Assembly (NCBI RefSeq): GCF_006345805.1
Contig: NC_042997.1
Location: 160,208,001 to 160,272,000, forward strand
DNA from: Octopus sinensis
Lineage: Eukaryota
DNA length: 64,000 nt
Reading direction: 5' to 3'
Shown: positions 27,353 through 39,839 of the stretch, piece after piece
Layout of the letters: each line of letters starts with the position of its first letter
How positions within the stretch are numbered: the stretch's first letter is position 1
The notes under the pieces: model-generated
The model's input: the letters and a program-made list of their open reading frames with translations, nothing else
What the model was told of the DNA's origin: nothing
The model's database searches: none
Position numbers and translations under genes: made by a program

Positions 27353-28769
27353 ACACCTACTTACAACACAGCCACTGCTAATATTTCATTTAAAATTTTA
27401 TGCCATTTCGCAAATTACATTCCGTTTTACTTCTAATTTTCTCTTATTTGTACTTTCTACTCTGATTATTTCTTTTTCGATGAGAAAATACACCAGTTTT
27501 GATAAAATATCGAATGCAATCATTTAATTTCATATATGTGTTTTAAAGAATTGTCATTTATTGTCAATGAGTTTCAAAAGAAAATAACTTTTGCCAGTTC
27601 AAAAATACTTCAGTTATGATCTATTTTAGATTTATTCTGTTTGTTACATATTCAAATTCGAGTAGAATGTTGAGACAATGAAAATTTTGTTATAAATCGT
27701 ATTGTTATAATTGTTGGAGATTTTACAGAATGTAATTTCTTTCAACCAATGTTTTCGTATTATGTAACATCTTTGGACTACACCCTCTTCAATATTAGTA
27801 AAGACAATTGTCCATGACGTTTTAGAGCATTGAATTACCTTTTGCAGGAACAGTAATGACAATATAAACATAGTCTCACGAAATGGATCCATTTATGAAT
27901 TTGATTTGGTTTTTAATCGACATAGCGCCAATGCGTATAGTAAATCTTTAGTGTCGATTTCATTGATCAGCAAATTCATAAGAAGCATCCTTCAAATTTA
28001 AATAATATGAAAGTTTATTCTCTTCAGTAGTGAATTCTATGCAAAGAGACTAAATAAATAATTTACCTACCATATTAGTTAGTTCAACTTTTTCATTGTA
28101 AATAATTAGTTATATATATGATGAACATGTAACGGTTCTCAAGCCACAAAGATCGATAAACAGATTTCCGCATCTACGTTAATAACAAGAATATAATTTA
28201 TTTAATATATACGACAGGTTATGATTCATCGAAGACCTCGTTATGATTTATAACGGGCACAAAACCTAAAATTTGAGGCGGGTCTATTACATTGATAGCG
28301 GAGATATAAGGCGTAGTTGACCTGGCGGGATTAAATTCACAATGAAAAAAGTCATTAACAATTTATGTTTCAGCTTATACTCAACGAAACTATCAAAAAA
28401 TAATAAAAGAACAATTAGAACAAAACTATAACAGTAAATGCTTGTTGTTAACTTGGGGTTTAAGAATCCTAACATTCATACTTATTTTTCTGAGGTAATA
28501 TATCTGGTAAAAGATCATGAGCAAATTCATTTCCATCTCTGGCTATTCTGTATGCATCCCTCAGATTGTCAAACAAATTTCTCGGAACATCAGTGTTGTT
28601 CGAACCGGCTAGAAACCCAGTTAAATTATCTTAAGTCGCACCTACAGTCACGAGAAAATAACGACATATAAGGGCTCGTGCACGTAGTTATGCACAAAAG
28701 ACTGGTGTTCAAGAATGAGGTGTCTTTCATATGAAGTCGTCTTCTTCTTGGAGCATCCGAGGCTACTAC

Positions 28770-28803
28770 TACTACTAATTACTACTACTACTACTACTAT
28801 ACC

Positions 28804-28838
<35 letters not shown>

Positions 28839-28950
28839 ACTACTATACTACTACTACAACTACTACTACTACCACTACTACGCATACTACTATACTACTA
28901 CTTCTACAACCAATACTAATAATACTATTGTTGTTGCTACCGTTGCTGCT
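28770..28950. repeat. Imperfect (ACT)n/(ACC)n microsatellite
   Basis: Direct reading. Confidence 0.9.
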
Positions 28951-29966
28951 ACGGGGTTTTTTCTAGCTCTTTCATTATAATCACCTCATTTATGAACAAT
29001 GAGAAAATCGTATTGGTCTAAGATATTAAATGAATCTTCTTTTACCCATGTAAATTTTGTATACATAATGGCTCTATCTATTTCGATAAGCCAGTAAATT
29101 CCGACTTCCTAGATATACTGGTTTCTGTTATTTACTCAAAGCACAAAGATTTGGGGAGCCAAAGTCGATTAAATCGACTCTGACGGAACACTTATTTTAT
29201 CAGATAACACTCTCCCGGCAAAATCTGATTTCAGCATTCCTAAGCGACTTTATTCCATTTCTAGTTTGCAAATAAGCCGTATTTCTAGCAATAGTTATAA
29301 GACTAAGACAGTGTAACTGTAGTTCAATTGCTGAAACCAGTATACATGAATGTTAAGATTGCTAGTTTTATTTTAATTGAAACAAGTTGTTAAGTTTATA
29401 TTTGTATTCAGAAACGTGGAAATATGCTTTAGCCAATTATGCCGATTTTCAAACTTTTCCAATTCAAAGAACGCTGAAGGGGTTAAGTAAGTTCGTCCGT
29501 TAGATTTTGAAATGGTAGGTACGAAAGTTCGCAGGTCTGTTCTATTTATAGTATTATTTTTAAACGAGGATAGCGATGCGCATTGCATTTTGCCTCGCTT
29601 CAAAATATTTTGTAATTTCTGGACTACCCAGAAACTTGGAGCATACCAGGGATCAAATGCAAGTTCTCGGTGAGGAGCTGCGGCTTTGTGTGTGAAAATA
29701 TCTACGCTGAGTGACCATTCAATTACGAGAGACGGCAATCAACTTTCTCGAATAGAGACTACAGTCAAACATACACTGTCAACACAAATAAGGCAGAATT
29801 CCATGACGGATCAGTGCTAACAGGGGCTAAACTACTAGCAGCAGCTACTACTACTACAATTGAAGCAAGACAATTAATGGTCAAATATACATCGAATTAT
29901 AAACAAGTTCCAACAAGCCGATTATTAATCAATATATATAATTTTTTCTTTTTGCTTTGTTTTCAG

Positions 29967-30230
29967 TTCCAGAACCGCAAATATTTTGCCATTTCTATAT
30001 TGGGTTGTGCAAAGATCTACTAAGAAAATCTGTGTATGGCAGAATGGAGAAGGCAAATATTTTTGATTTTGGAGTGAGGATAATCCCTCCAATACTATTG
30101 GCAGTGAAAACAGTGTAGGCTTCATAAAAACCCAGAATACAGATGGAATGATCTTCATTGTAAAACACTGCGGATTGGGAGACAAATATGTCAGATAGTT
30201 ATACGAAAATGTAGCTGGAAACAATCGTAA
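29967..30230 (+). pseudogene. Terminal exon of a C-type lectin domain, disabled
   Basis: Phase-1 acceptor ttttgctttgttttcag|. Reconstructed FYIGL..VWQNG..*FWSEDNPSN..ENSV..RWNDLHC..RQICQ..*. Two 1-nt frameshifts, TGA at 30064, and a conserved Cys replaced by Ser. Confidence 0.7.
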
Positions 30231-31090
30231 TTACACACACGTCGTTGATTAGATCAGTCAGAATGTTGCCATTGGTTTTACGTTATTATTATTCTTAATA
30301 TAGTGGCGTCACGCTAGAGCTAAGCTGGAGGACTGGGCCAATACATTATTATTATGGAGATATTTTACTCAATGTGGGTTGTGAAAATTACACATTAACG
30401 AAATGCTGTGTAGGGAAAGAACCTTCTGGGTGGACGGAGTTATCTGCATTGATTGGTTTCATTTGTGTCCAGAAAGTGTCAGTTTATGTAAGAATTCCGT
30501 CCGCTAGTCAGTAGACGAGGAATTCCATGTCTTCAACGTAAATGTTCTCCATGGGGGCACTGGCAAAACATCTCACTTCTGGAATTGAAGAAATTCTATT
30601 GACCCTAAATTTCCAAATGTAAGATATTTAGCTGGGGTCCACATCAGAGAAAATTCATGCTGGAGACCTGGAATTCTCCGCTTGCTAACTCATGAACGGA
30701 AATAGGGCATTAAAAAACATTGTACGGACACAAATGGAGTGGTCAAAGGGAGATAAATTCATCTCAGCCAAAACAAAATTTTACTTCAGAGAATTTCGTT
30801 TCAGAGTCTTATTTCTCGTTATTTTTCACTAGCCTGGATGACTAAGAGTGTGTTTTACCGCCATTTGTAAAGAGGTTCTATGCCTTCAATTAGTAACTGT
30901 TATGAGTAATCTATATTGCCCAGAGTAACAATGGACGTGAAACCACTGATAATTATCGGACTGACCATAATCAACGACTACACTAAGTATTACTGCCCAA
31001 ATATATTTTAGCGTGTCATTTTTAGGGGGACTAATGAATAGGTGATAGTTTATACACACACGCACGAAAATACACATAGACACACACATA

Positions 31091-31184
<94 letters not shown>

Positions 31185-31194
31185 ATATATATAT

Positions 31195-31425
31195 ATTTCT
31201 TTACTACCCACAAGAGGCTAAACACAGAGGAGACACACAAGGACAGACAAAGGGATTAAGTCGATTACATCGACCCCAGAGCGTAACTGGTACTTAATTT
31301 ATCGACCCCGGAAGGATGAAAGGCAAAGTCGACCTCGGCGGAATTTGAACTCAGAACGTAACGGCAGACGTAATACGGCAACGCATTTCGCCCGGCGTGC
31401 TAACGTTTCTACCAGCTCGCTGCCT
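31195..31425 (-). mobile_element. tRNA-derived SINE (second family)
   Basis: Minus strand ggcagcgagctggtagaaacgttagcacg...gagttcaaattcc (A/B-box-like), body ggggtcgataaattaagtaccag. Confidence 0.85.
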
Positions 31426-31431
31426 GTGTAC

Positions 31432-31468
<37 letters not shown>

Positions 31469-31593
31469 ACACTTTTAATTCTCAATATCATTTGTATTCT
31501 GTGTAAGTCGGACATTTTTACATGTATTACATTTCTACATTTATGTATTTACTGTATTTCATAATATTAATCTCCGTTTAACAATACATATAA

Positions 31594-31706
<113 letters not shown>

Positions 31707-31778
31707 ATATATATATATGCATATATATATATACATATATTCATATATATATACATATATATATATTATATATATATA

Positions 31779-31930
31779 CTAGCAGTATCGCCCGGCGTTG
31801 CTCGGGTTGTAAGGGAAATAACTATATAAGCATTTTTAGAGAGTTATAGCCAAAAAATAGCAAAAAAATGCATTAAAAATTGAAAAAAAATTAAGGTAAA
31901 TTTTTTTTAAATCGTTGACACATCGTAGAT
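31779..31930 (-). mobile_element. Helitron 3' terminus fragment
   Basis: Minus strand cccgagcaacgccgggcgatactgCTAG|T (hairpin plus CTAG before T), abutting (TA)n. Confidence 0.65.
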
Positions 31931-31934
31931 GCTT

Positions 31935-32255
31935 TTTTTTTTCAGTCATAGAGTTAGATTTATGAAGGTCTTCAGTAGAAAATCCTTCGAATTCTGACTC
32001 GCTGCTTGATATAATGAAATTCGTATCCATTTTTTGTCAGAATTACAAATTTTGAAAACACAATAGGAACAAATTTCGGAAAAAAATCTCCCATAATTCG
32101 CGGAATTAAAATTACACTTCGATTTTTGTACAAAACTGTATTTGAAGTGTTTACGAAGTATAATACGTGTTTTCACGAATGTACTAAAGAGATTTACTCT
32201 GATATTCTCATTTAAATATGAATAGGTAAATTCGGGCGGTTTGGTAACGAAAGGG
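31935..32255 (-). mobile_element. piggyBac-like left end with transposase N-terminal remnant
   Basis: Minus strand (t)aaa-CCCTTTCGTTACCAAACCGCCC terminus (TTAA-CCC type); MDTNFIISSSESEFEGFSTEDL acidic N-terminus. Confidence 0.5.
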
Positions 32256-32769
32256 TTTATATAAGTGTCGTCTGTTTATACATAAACACTGTTTCATAGT
32301 TTCAGTTTAGTCTTCCTCAAATCACTGTCGCTAATTTACTCTCTTCCAAGAACATTTTCACTCACTGTTATCTGTTAGCTTCCCATACATTTTACTCATG
32401 TATCTATCAGCGTGATAGACAGAAACAAATATTACATTTACTTTCATTTTATTCGTTGCCCACTGTGTGTGTGCGTTTGCGTGTGGTGTAAACCAGACTA
32501 AGAAAAGCATTTGACACACACACCAGAATGTGAGTTTTCTGTAAATTTTGCTTAATTGGAGTTTAAAATTTAAAAACTGGACCTGGCATGACGCGATGCA
32601 TTGTACTCTTAAAACTGCTAGGTAAATTGTAATTGAAGAAATCCTATATTGTAGATTTGTATAACTCCCAAAGGGAGGCAGATAAAATCTGCCTTTTATA
32701 ATGAGAGATTTACAGATATATATATATATATACATATATATATACATATATATATATATATACATATAC

Positions 32770-33530
32770 ATCAGAGACTTGGGAGTAACAGTGGACAACA
32801 ACATAAGCTGGGCTACACATATAAGCAGCAAAGTTGACATGGCCCGCAGAATGTGTTCCTGGATTCTCAGAACCTTCCAGTCGAGAGATTCCCACGCTAT
32901 TATCTTTCTCTTCTCCACTTTTGCCCGACCTCACCTTGAATACTGCTGTCCACTGTGGTCTCCCTACACAAAACAAAATATTATGAGAAATAAAGCTCCC
33001 CAAAGGTCAATCACAAAAAAGATAGATGGCATGTCAGACCTTGACTACTGGGGTAGACAAGAGAAGCTGAAACTGTATTCACTCCAACGACGCCGTGAAC
33101 GCTACATTATCTGTATGATGTGGAACATATTCCATCAGCACTGTCCGAATGATGTTGGCATCACCTTCAAAATACATGCAAGGCTTGGACCATGTGCCAT
33201 CCATCCACAACAAAAATCTAAATCGCATCACATAACGACAATACGGCACAATTATTTCACCTCAATTGGACCCGCTCTCTTCAACATTACACCAGGACAC
33301 GTCAAAACAGAAACTGACTACACAAAATTCAAGAAGTCTTTGGACAAATTCCTTCAAACAGTCCCGGACAAACCACCCACACCCGGATATGTCTCCGCAA
33401 GCAATAACTCTCTGCTCGAATGGGCCTTGGTTCCCAAATCCTTAATTGAAAGACTTCGCCAGGTGGTGCTACTAAGTTAGACATGGCCTGGGCCAATACT
33501 GGCCAAAACCTTTCTAAGTTATTCTAAGTT
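32770..33530 (+). mobile_element. 5'-truncated LINE family a copy in (TA)n
   Basis: Near-identical to the reverse complement of 3683-4445; open frame IRDLGVTVD...WSP...RRRERY...; same tail. Confidence 0.95.
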
Positions 33531-33584
33531 ATATATATGTATACATATACATATGTATATATATATATATATATAATATATATA

Positions 33585-33641
<57 letters not shown>

Positions 33642-33688
33642 GATGTATAAATAAATAAATGGAGTTGAACGTAGATGTTAATAAATTT

Positions 33689-33781
33689 CCTTTATTTTCG
33701 ACATATGTTTCGAAGACAACATGGTTCTATTCCAAAGAAATAAACGGTGTAAGATGCAATCTTCTCATCAGGAAAGAAAGA
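33689..33781 (-). ncRNA. Type I hammerhead ribozyme, divergent subfamily
   Basis: ctttc-CTGATGA-GAAGA...TCTTC-GAAAC-ATAT-GTC|gaaaataaagg; different stem II sequence with preserved pairing. Confidence 0.75.
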
Positions 33782-33975
33782 GAGCCTTTATTTATTTATT
33801 CATCTATAACACACAAATTATTGCACATAACCCGGAGTTGCTACCTTTGGATAGGTTGCTTCAACCGTATTTCTAACGTGAATTTGCAGCCCTAGTAAGA
33901 GTTAGTTGAATTTTCCATGTTCACGGTAAACATGGGATAATTCATTCACCTATCGAAATATATATATACATGTAC

Positions 33976-34052
<77 letters not shown>

Positions 34053-34070
34053 TATATATATATATATATG

Positions 34071-35026
34071 TTTTTTTTTCTAGTTTCAGCTTGAAGCTGC
34101 GGCCATGCTGATGCACCGCCGTTTTGTGCTACACTGTTATTGCAACGAACCTCGTCTAATATGTCGCATTTGGTGAAGAATGGAGTTTGATTCAGCTACT
34201 CTCATTTGCACTTCTTGCCGTGAGGTAGGTTCGTCTGGGACACTTGACAGGAAGATGTCCAGCTTTGATTTAAAAACCGCTACATCTACTTTGTGCAAGT
34301 TCCTCAGACTCTTTGGGAGGATATTAAAAAGCTGTGGGCCCTTGAAACCCAGGCTGTTGCAGAAGCTGGTCCTGAAGCGTGATGGCATTGCTGGGATCTT
34401 TGGCACTATGCAGTGTCGTCCCGTTCTAGCATTGGTGTAGCTTACAATGCCAAAATTTAGCACAATTCCTTCCAAGATCTTCCAGACATATATTACTGCA
34501 TACCTCTCCCGTCTTCTCTCCAGGGAGTAGAGTCTTAGCTTTTTCAACCTTTCCCAGTAGCTGAGCTGTTGCAAAGAGACGACCTTCTTTGTGAATCTTC
34601 TCTGGATTGCTTCAAGGTCTGCTGTTAATTTTACACTGGTGGGTGACCATAGCTGTGAGCAGTAATCCAGGCGACTGAGGACGAATATCCACCAGAGGAC
34701 CATCATGGGTTCCTTATTTCTGGTTCTGAATGTTCTTAGGATCCACCCAGCCAGTCGTCTGCACTTTGTTGCCATCGTGGTAATGTGCACTTGGAAAGAG
34801 GTATCATCACTCATGTCGATACCCAGGTCCCTCACAGACTTAGGCTCTGGGATTGAAATTCCCTGTGGACCGGTGTATCTTGTAAGTTTAATATTCAGTT
34901 TGGGATGCTGGTAGCGCAGGGCCTGGAATTTTTCAGCATTAAACTGCATATTATTATCCTCAGCCCATCTGTAGATTGAGTCCAACTCCTGCTGCAGGTG
35001 TGCAACAGCGCTGGGGTTCTGTATTG
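34071..35026 (-). mobile_element. 5'-truncated CR1/L2-like LINE (family b-related) with poly(A) tail
   Basis: ORF 34137-34985 has MQFNAEKF, VRDLGI, LWSP and YSLERRRERY. 3' end ggcggtgcatcagcatggccgcagcttcaagctgaaactag-A9. Confidence 0.95.
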
Positions 35027-35115
35027 GCTAAACTGGCAAAATGGCCAATCCGAAATATAACAATATCTGTTTCAACACACGACTTCACATAAAAAATCTT
35101 GCACAACAAATATAT
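35027..35115. repeat. Fragment of the repeat family also at 62468-62883
   Basis: ggctaaactggcaaaatggccaatccgaaatataacaatatctgtttcaacacacgacttcacataaaaaatcttgcacaacaaatata is the reverse complement of 62468-62555. Confidence 0.8.
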
Positions 35116-35172
35116 AAACGTATATATATATGTATATACATATATATTATATATATATATTAATATATATAC

Positions 35173-35205
<33 letters not shown>

Positions 35206-35300
35206 CATATATACATATATACATATATACATATATATATACACATATATATACATATATATATGTACACATATATATATTTATATATATACATATATAC

Positions 35301-35338
<38 letters not shown>

Positions 35339-35359
35339 GTATATATATATATACATATA

Positions 35360-36606
35360 CAGGGTGTCCCCAAAAAATGTATGCACACTTTAAACAATTG
35401 TAAAGTTGTTGTTTATTAAAAGACACTTCATTTTCAAAATTTAATAGAATCTACAGACATTATTTTATTGTTTTGTCAATGCCTGTTTTCAAACTGATGT
35501 CCGGTCTGGTCCAGGCACTGCTGACAACGCAAAGGAATGGAATCACAAATATCACAAAAGAATTTGTTTGGCATTTGTGTGCACTCTCGTCCAATGGCTG
35601 CTCTCAAATCAGCGACTTGTAGGTTTCATAGCGTAGAATTTGTCTTTAAGGTATCCCCATAAAAAAAAGTCTAGTGGTGTGAGGTCTGGTGAGTTCAACC
35701 ATACCTCTTCATCCAATCCACCTGTTTAGCAAGATCTCATCAAGGAAGGATCTAACATAGCAATGGTAGTGTGGGGGTGCCCCATCTTTCTGAAAATAAA
35801 ACTCCTCATCTTCAAAGTCTTTTCTAATGCTGGCATAACACACTGTTGCAACAAGTTCAAGTAAACGGGACCAGTCACAGTAGCATAACAAAAGAATGGT
35901 CCAATTAATCCTCTTGATGATAAACCACACCACACAAATATCAAATTAACATGGTGTTTCACCATAACATCCAGATTCTCAGGACCCCAGTAGGTGCAAT
36001 TGTGGCAGTTAATTGAACCATTTAATTTGAATGTGGCTTCATCACTCCACACAATCTTTGTTGGAAAGTGTGCAGCTTCTACACATCGTTCCAAGTACCA
36101 CTCGCAATGCTGCACTCTTTCGTCTGTATCATCATCATTAATAGCATGGACTAATCTTGGAATGTAACTTTTCCATTGACAATGCTTGAAAATGCATTGG
36201 ACAGATGATTTTGGAATACCTACCTCATGACTCGCTTTGCCGCACAGATTTTCTTGGACTTTGGTGATTCATTTGCAGTACTCCTTGCTTTATTGGGGGT
36301 GTTGATGTTCGGGGTTTTCTGGAATGCTTATCGTGGACATTCTGAACAGTTCCATCAGCTTCAAACTTATCTCTAATTCAAGTGATAGGGAGTTGCATTG
36401 GTGGATCTGTTTGAAACTCCCTCCCCAACTGTTTTTGCACTTCAACTGCATTTTCACACTTCCAGTATCATTTTAGAATGAATTTTCTTTGTTCAAAGCT
36501 TAATCTGACTGCCATCATTAAATCCTATAGGTTTCATCTGGAAAGAAAAAATATCAATTGAGTTATCAGCTGCTAAAGTGTGTATACATTTTTTTGGGAC
36601 ACCCTG
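35360..36606 (-). mobile_element. Full-length but decayed IS630-Tc1-mariner transposon
   Basis: 33-bp TIRs CAGGGTGTCCC(C/A)AAAAAATGTAT(G/A)CACACTTTA with TA on both sides. Motifs [21 protein letters not shown], (S)PDLTPLDFF(L)WGYLKDK and an N-terminal HTH (LSFEQRKFILK). Several stops and frameshifts. Confidence 0.95.
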
Positions 36607-36627
36607 TATGTATATATAATATATAAT

Positions 36628-36660
<33 letters not shown>

Positions 36661-36662
<2 letters not shown>

Positions 36663-39582
36663 GCAATCAAGCCTTATGCATAGCACTCACAGAAACGCAT
36701 CTGAAACCGGACATAGCAGATGCGGAATTACACATACCACAGTATGTTGTACTACGGACCGACAGGAAAGAAAGGAGTCATGGAGGAGTTGCTATGTACA
36801 TCCGTGGGGACCTCACACCCCAGGTCCTTTTGTCATACTCAAACTCGGTGTGTGACACACTAATTGTACACATAAGGCAACTTGATGTAGTTGTGTGTGC
36901 TACATATCGCCCTCCAGATGCCCCAAGTCATATGGGCAAATTTGAGGACTGCCTTTTAAAAATAGAAGAAGTTCTAACCACATTAGAACAACACATAAGT
37001 GTACTTCTCATGGGAGACTTCAATCTACCGAATGTCAGATGGCCCGAGGGCCTTTCTCTCCCAGGAATGACAAGATGTGAACGAGGACAGGCGAGGTCCC
37101 TCCTGAACCTCACCAACACCCTGTACATGGAGCAAGTAATACTCCAACCAACCAGAGCAGGTAACACACTGGATCTCTGCTTCACAAATAAGATGGATCT
37201 CATCCATAATGTGAAAGTGACACCGACACTACTCTCGGATCACAACATGGTAGAGCTGACCATGTACGGGCCAAAAGAGAGCACGGACATGCAGCCTACA
37301 AGAAACCCTCAGAATCTTTCCAGCTTGAACTTCAATAAGGCAAACTGGAAACAAATTGAGAAAGAGATCCTCAAACAAAACTGGCCTGAATGTCTCTCCT
37401 CGCCGGACATCGACATGATACTCCAACAATTCATGTCTGTAATGCAAGCCATATGCTACAAATGTGTCCCAGAGAGAAAGGCCACTGTACACAAGAACAA
37501 AATCCCCAGAGAGAGGAAAATTTTAATGAGACGGCGTACAAAAATTTCAAATCGCCTAAACAAACAAATTGAAAGCAGTGAAAAGTCCCGCCTGAAAATA
37601 AAACTGTTGGAAATTGAAAATTGTCTGCAACTCTCCCATGAGAAGGAAAGAGCTATAGACAACATAAAAACTAACCCCAGAGCTTTCTACAGGTATGCCA
37701 AAGAAACAGCTACGGTGCACTGTAGGATAGGGCCACTCCTTGAAAAGGATGGCACACTCACAGGAAAACCAATGAGGGTAAGTGAAATAATGAATGAACA
37801 ATTCAAGAGTGTTTTCACTCCACCCCTTGGGCATTTCCAAATCAGCAATCCAACTGACTTCTTTACCACTGCAGATATAGAATCAGAGGCGGCGACGATA
37901 AATTACATCGATATAAAGGAAGACGATGTAATAAAGGCTATAGATGAAATGAAAACAGACTCAGCTATTGGCCCCGATGGATTCCCGGCAATCCACCTAA
38001 AAGTATGTAAGAGAGTCTTAGCAAGACCACTGCAGTTCCTCTTTCAGAGCTTCCTTGCAGCTGGCAAACTTCCAAGAAAACTGAAGGAAGGTAAAATATG
38101 CCCTATTCATAAAGGAGGTAGCAGAGCGGAGGCCAAGAACTACAGACCTATCTCTCTGACCTCACACATCAGCAAGGTCATGGAACGAATAGTCAGAAGG
38201 AAACTAATCACCTTCCTTGAAGAAAATAACTTGCTGCCTGACACCAACATGTTTTCAGACCAGGAAGAAGCTGCTTAACTCAGCTCCTGCAGCACTATGA
38301 CTGGGTGCTGAAACAACTGCTCAACCACTCAAATGTGGAAGTCATATATCTCGACTTCGCGAAGGCCTTCGATAAAGTCGATCATGGAATGATATATCAC
38401 AAACTGCGTGATCTTGGCATAGTTGGAAAACTAGGAGAATGGCTTCACGACTTTCTGAAGAATAGAAGTCAGGTGGTAGTAGCCAATGGGGCCACTTCCA
38501 TTAGCACGCAAATAGTGAGCGGTGTTCCACAGGGCACTGTTTTGGGACCACTACTGTTCATAATGGCCCTCTCAGACATGCCCTCAGCCACGCGGAGAGC
38601 CACGATCACAAGTTATGCAGATGATACAAAAGTTTCACAGGCAATACAGAACCCTGAAGACACTAGGCACCTGCAATATGAGCTGGACGAAATATACAAG
38701 TGGGCTGAAAAGAATAGCATGCAGTTCAATGCTGAAAAGTTTCAAGCTTTATACTATCAGCATGCAAAACTGAATGCAATACCCAAGGAATACACTGGAC
38801 CCGGAGGGATTGCAATCCCAGAGGCACAATCAGTGCGGGACCTGGGTATTCACATGAGTGATGACGCGACCTTTCATGTACATGTTGCTAAACTGACAAT
38901 GAAATGCAGACGGCTGGCTGGATGGATTCTTAGAACCTTTAGAACAAGAGAACAAGAAACCATGATGGTCCTCTGGAAGACACTTGTCCTAAGCCACTTT
39001 GACTATTGCTCTCAGCTATGGTCACCATCCAGTGTCAAGTTGATCACAGAACTTGAGGCGATCCAACGAAGCTACACGAAGAAGATAGCCTTTATGCAGA
39101 ATGTAAGCTACTGGGAAAGACTCAAGAGATTAAAATTATATTCCCTGGAGCGTAGGCTGGAAAGATATGCCATAATATACATCTGGAAGATCCTGGAGGG
39201 AAGTGTCCTGAACTTTGGCATCGAGAGTTACGCAAATGCCAGAACTGGGCGCCACTGCGTGGTGCCTAGGACTCCAAACTTGCCATCAAGATGTAGGACA
39301 AAATTCTGTGATAGCCTGGGCTTCCGAGGCCCACAGCTCTTCAATATCCTCCCGAAGAACCTGAGAGACCTGCATGGGGTGGATACAGATGTCTTTAAAA
39401 TGGAGCTGGATCTCTTCCTGTCAGGTGGGGCAGATGAGGGCAGCTGCATCGAACTCTCTCATGCACCAAATAGCAGTTGCTAGAAATCCTCCATGAAGTG
39501 AAACCAAGTAGCAACACCAAATGGCGGTGCCCCAGCATGGCCACAGCTCATAAGCTGAAACTAGAATCAATCAATCAATCAA
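36661..39582 (+). mobile_element. CR1/L2-like LINE (family b): nearly complete ORF2 plus 3' end
   Basis: APE motifs IALTETH, GGVAMYI, GDFNLP, DLCF, SDHN; RT motifs YRPISL, YLDFAKAFDKVDH, GVPQG, YADD. (AATC)n tail; (TA)n on both sides. Confidence 0.97.
36663..39483 (+). pseudogene. Endonuclease-reverse transcriptase ORF2 with one frameshift (~38244)
   Basis: ORF 36794-38278 joins ORF 38305-39483 by a single-base loss in gac-acc-(c)aa-cat (QH.FRPGRSCLTQL motif). Confidence 0.9.
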
Positions 39583-39613
39583 TATATATACATATATACA
39601 TATATATAATATA

Positions 39614-39699
<86 letters not shown>

Positions 39700-39737
39700 T
39701 ATATATATACACATATATATTATATATACATATATAT

Positions 39738-39839
<102 letters not shown>

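Noticed and set aside
27644-27892. 82-aa minus-strand ORF with a hydrophobic N-terminus
   Set aside because: A signal-like start alone is weak evidence in AT-rich DNA; no domain pattern or partner exon.
29373-29810. 121-aa minus ORF, and plus-strand lectin-like words (CGFVCE; DGNQLSRIET)
   Set aside because: The minus ORF has no ATG start or domain. The lectin-like words are in different frames with wrong spacing and no clear splice sites.
34071-39582. Oppositely oriented family-b LINE pieces as one twin-primed insertion
   Set aside because: They overlap in coding region, are clearly diverged in sequence and have different tails (poly(A) versus (AATC)n), so they are two insertions.
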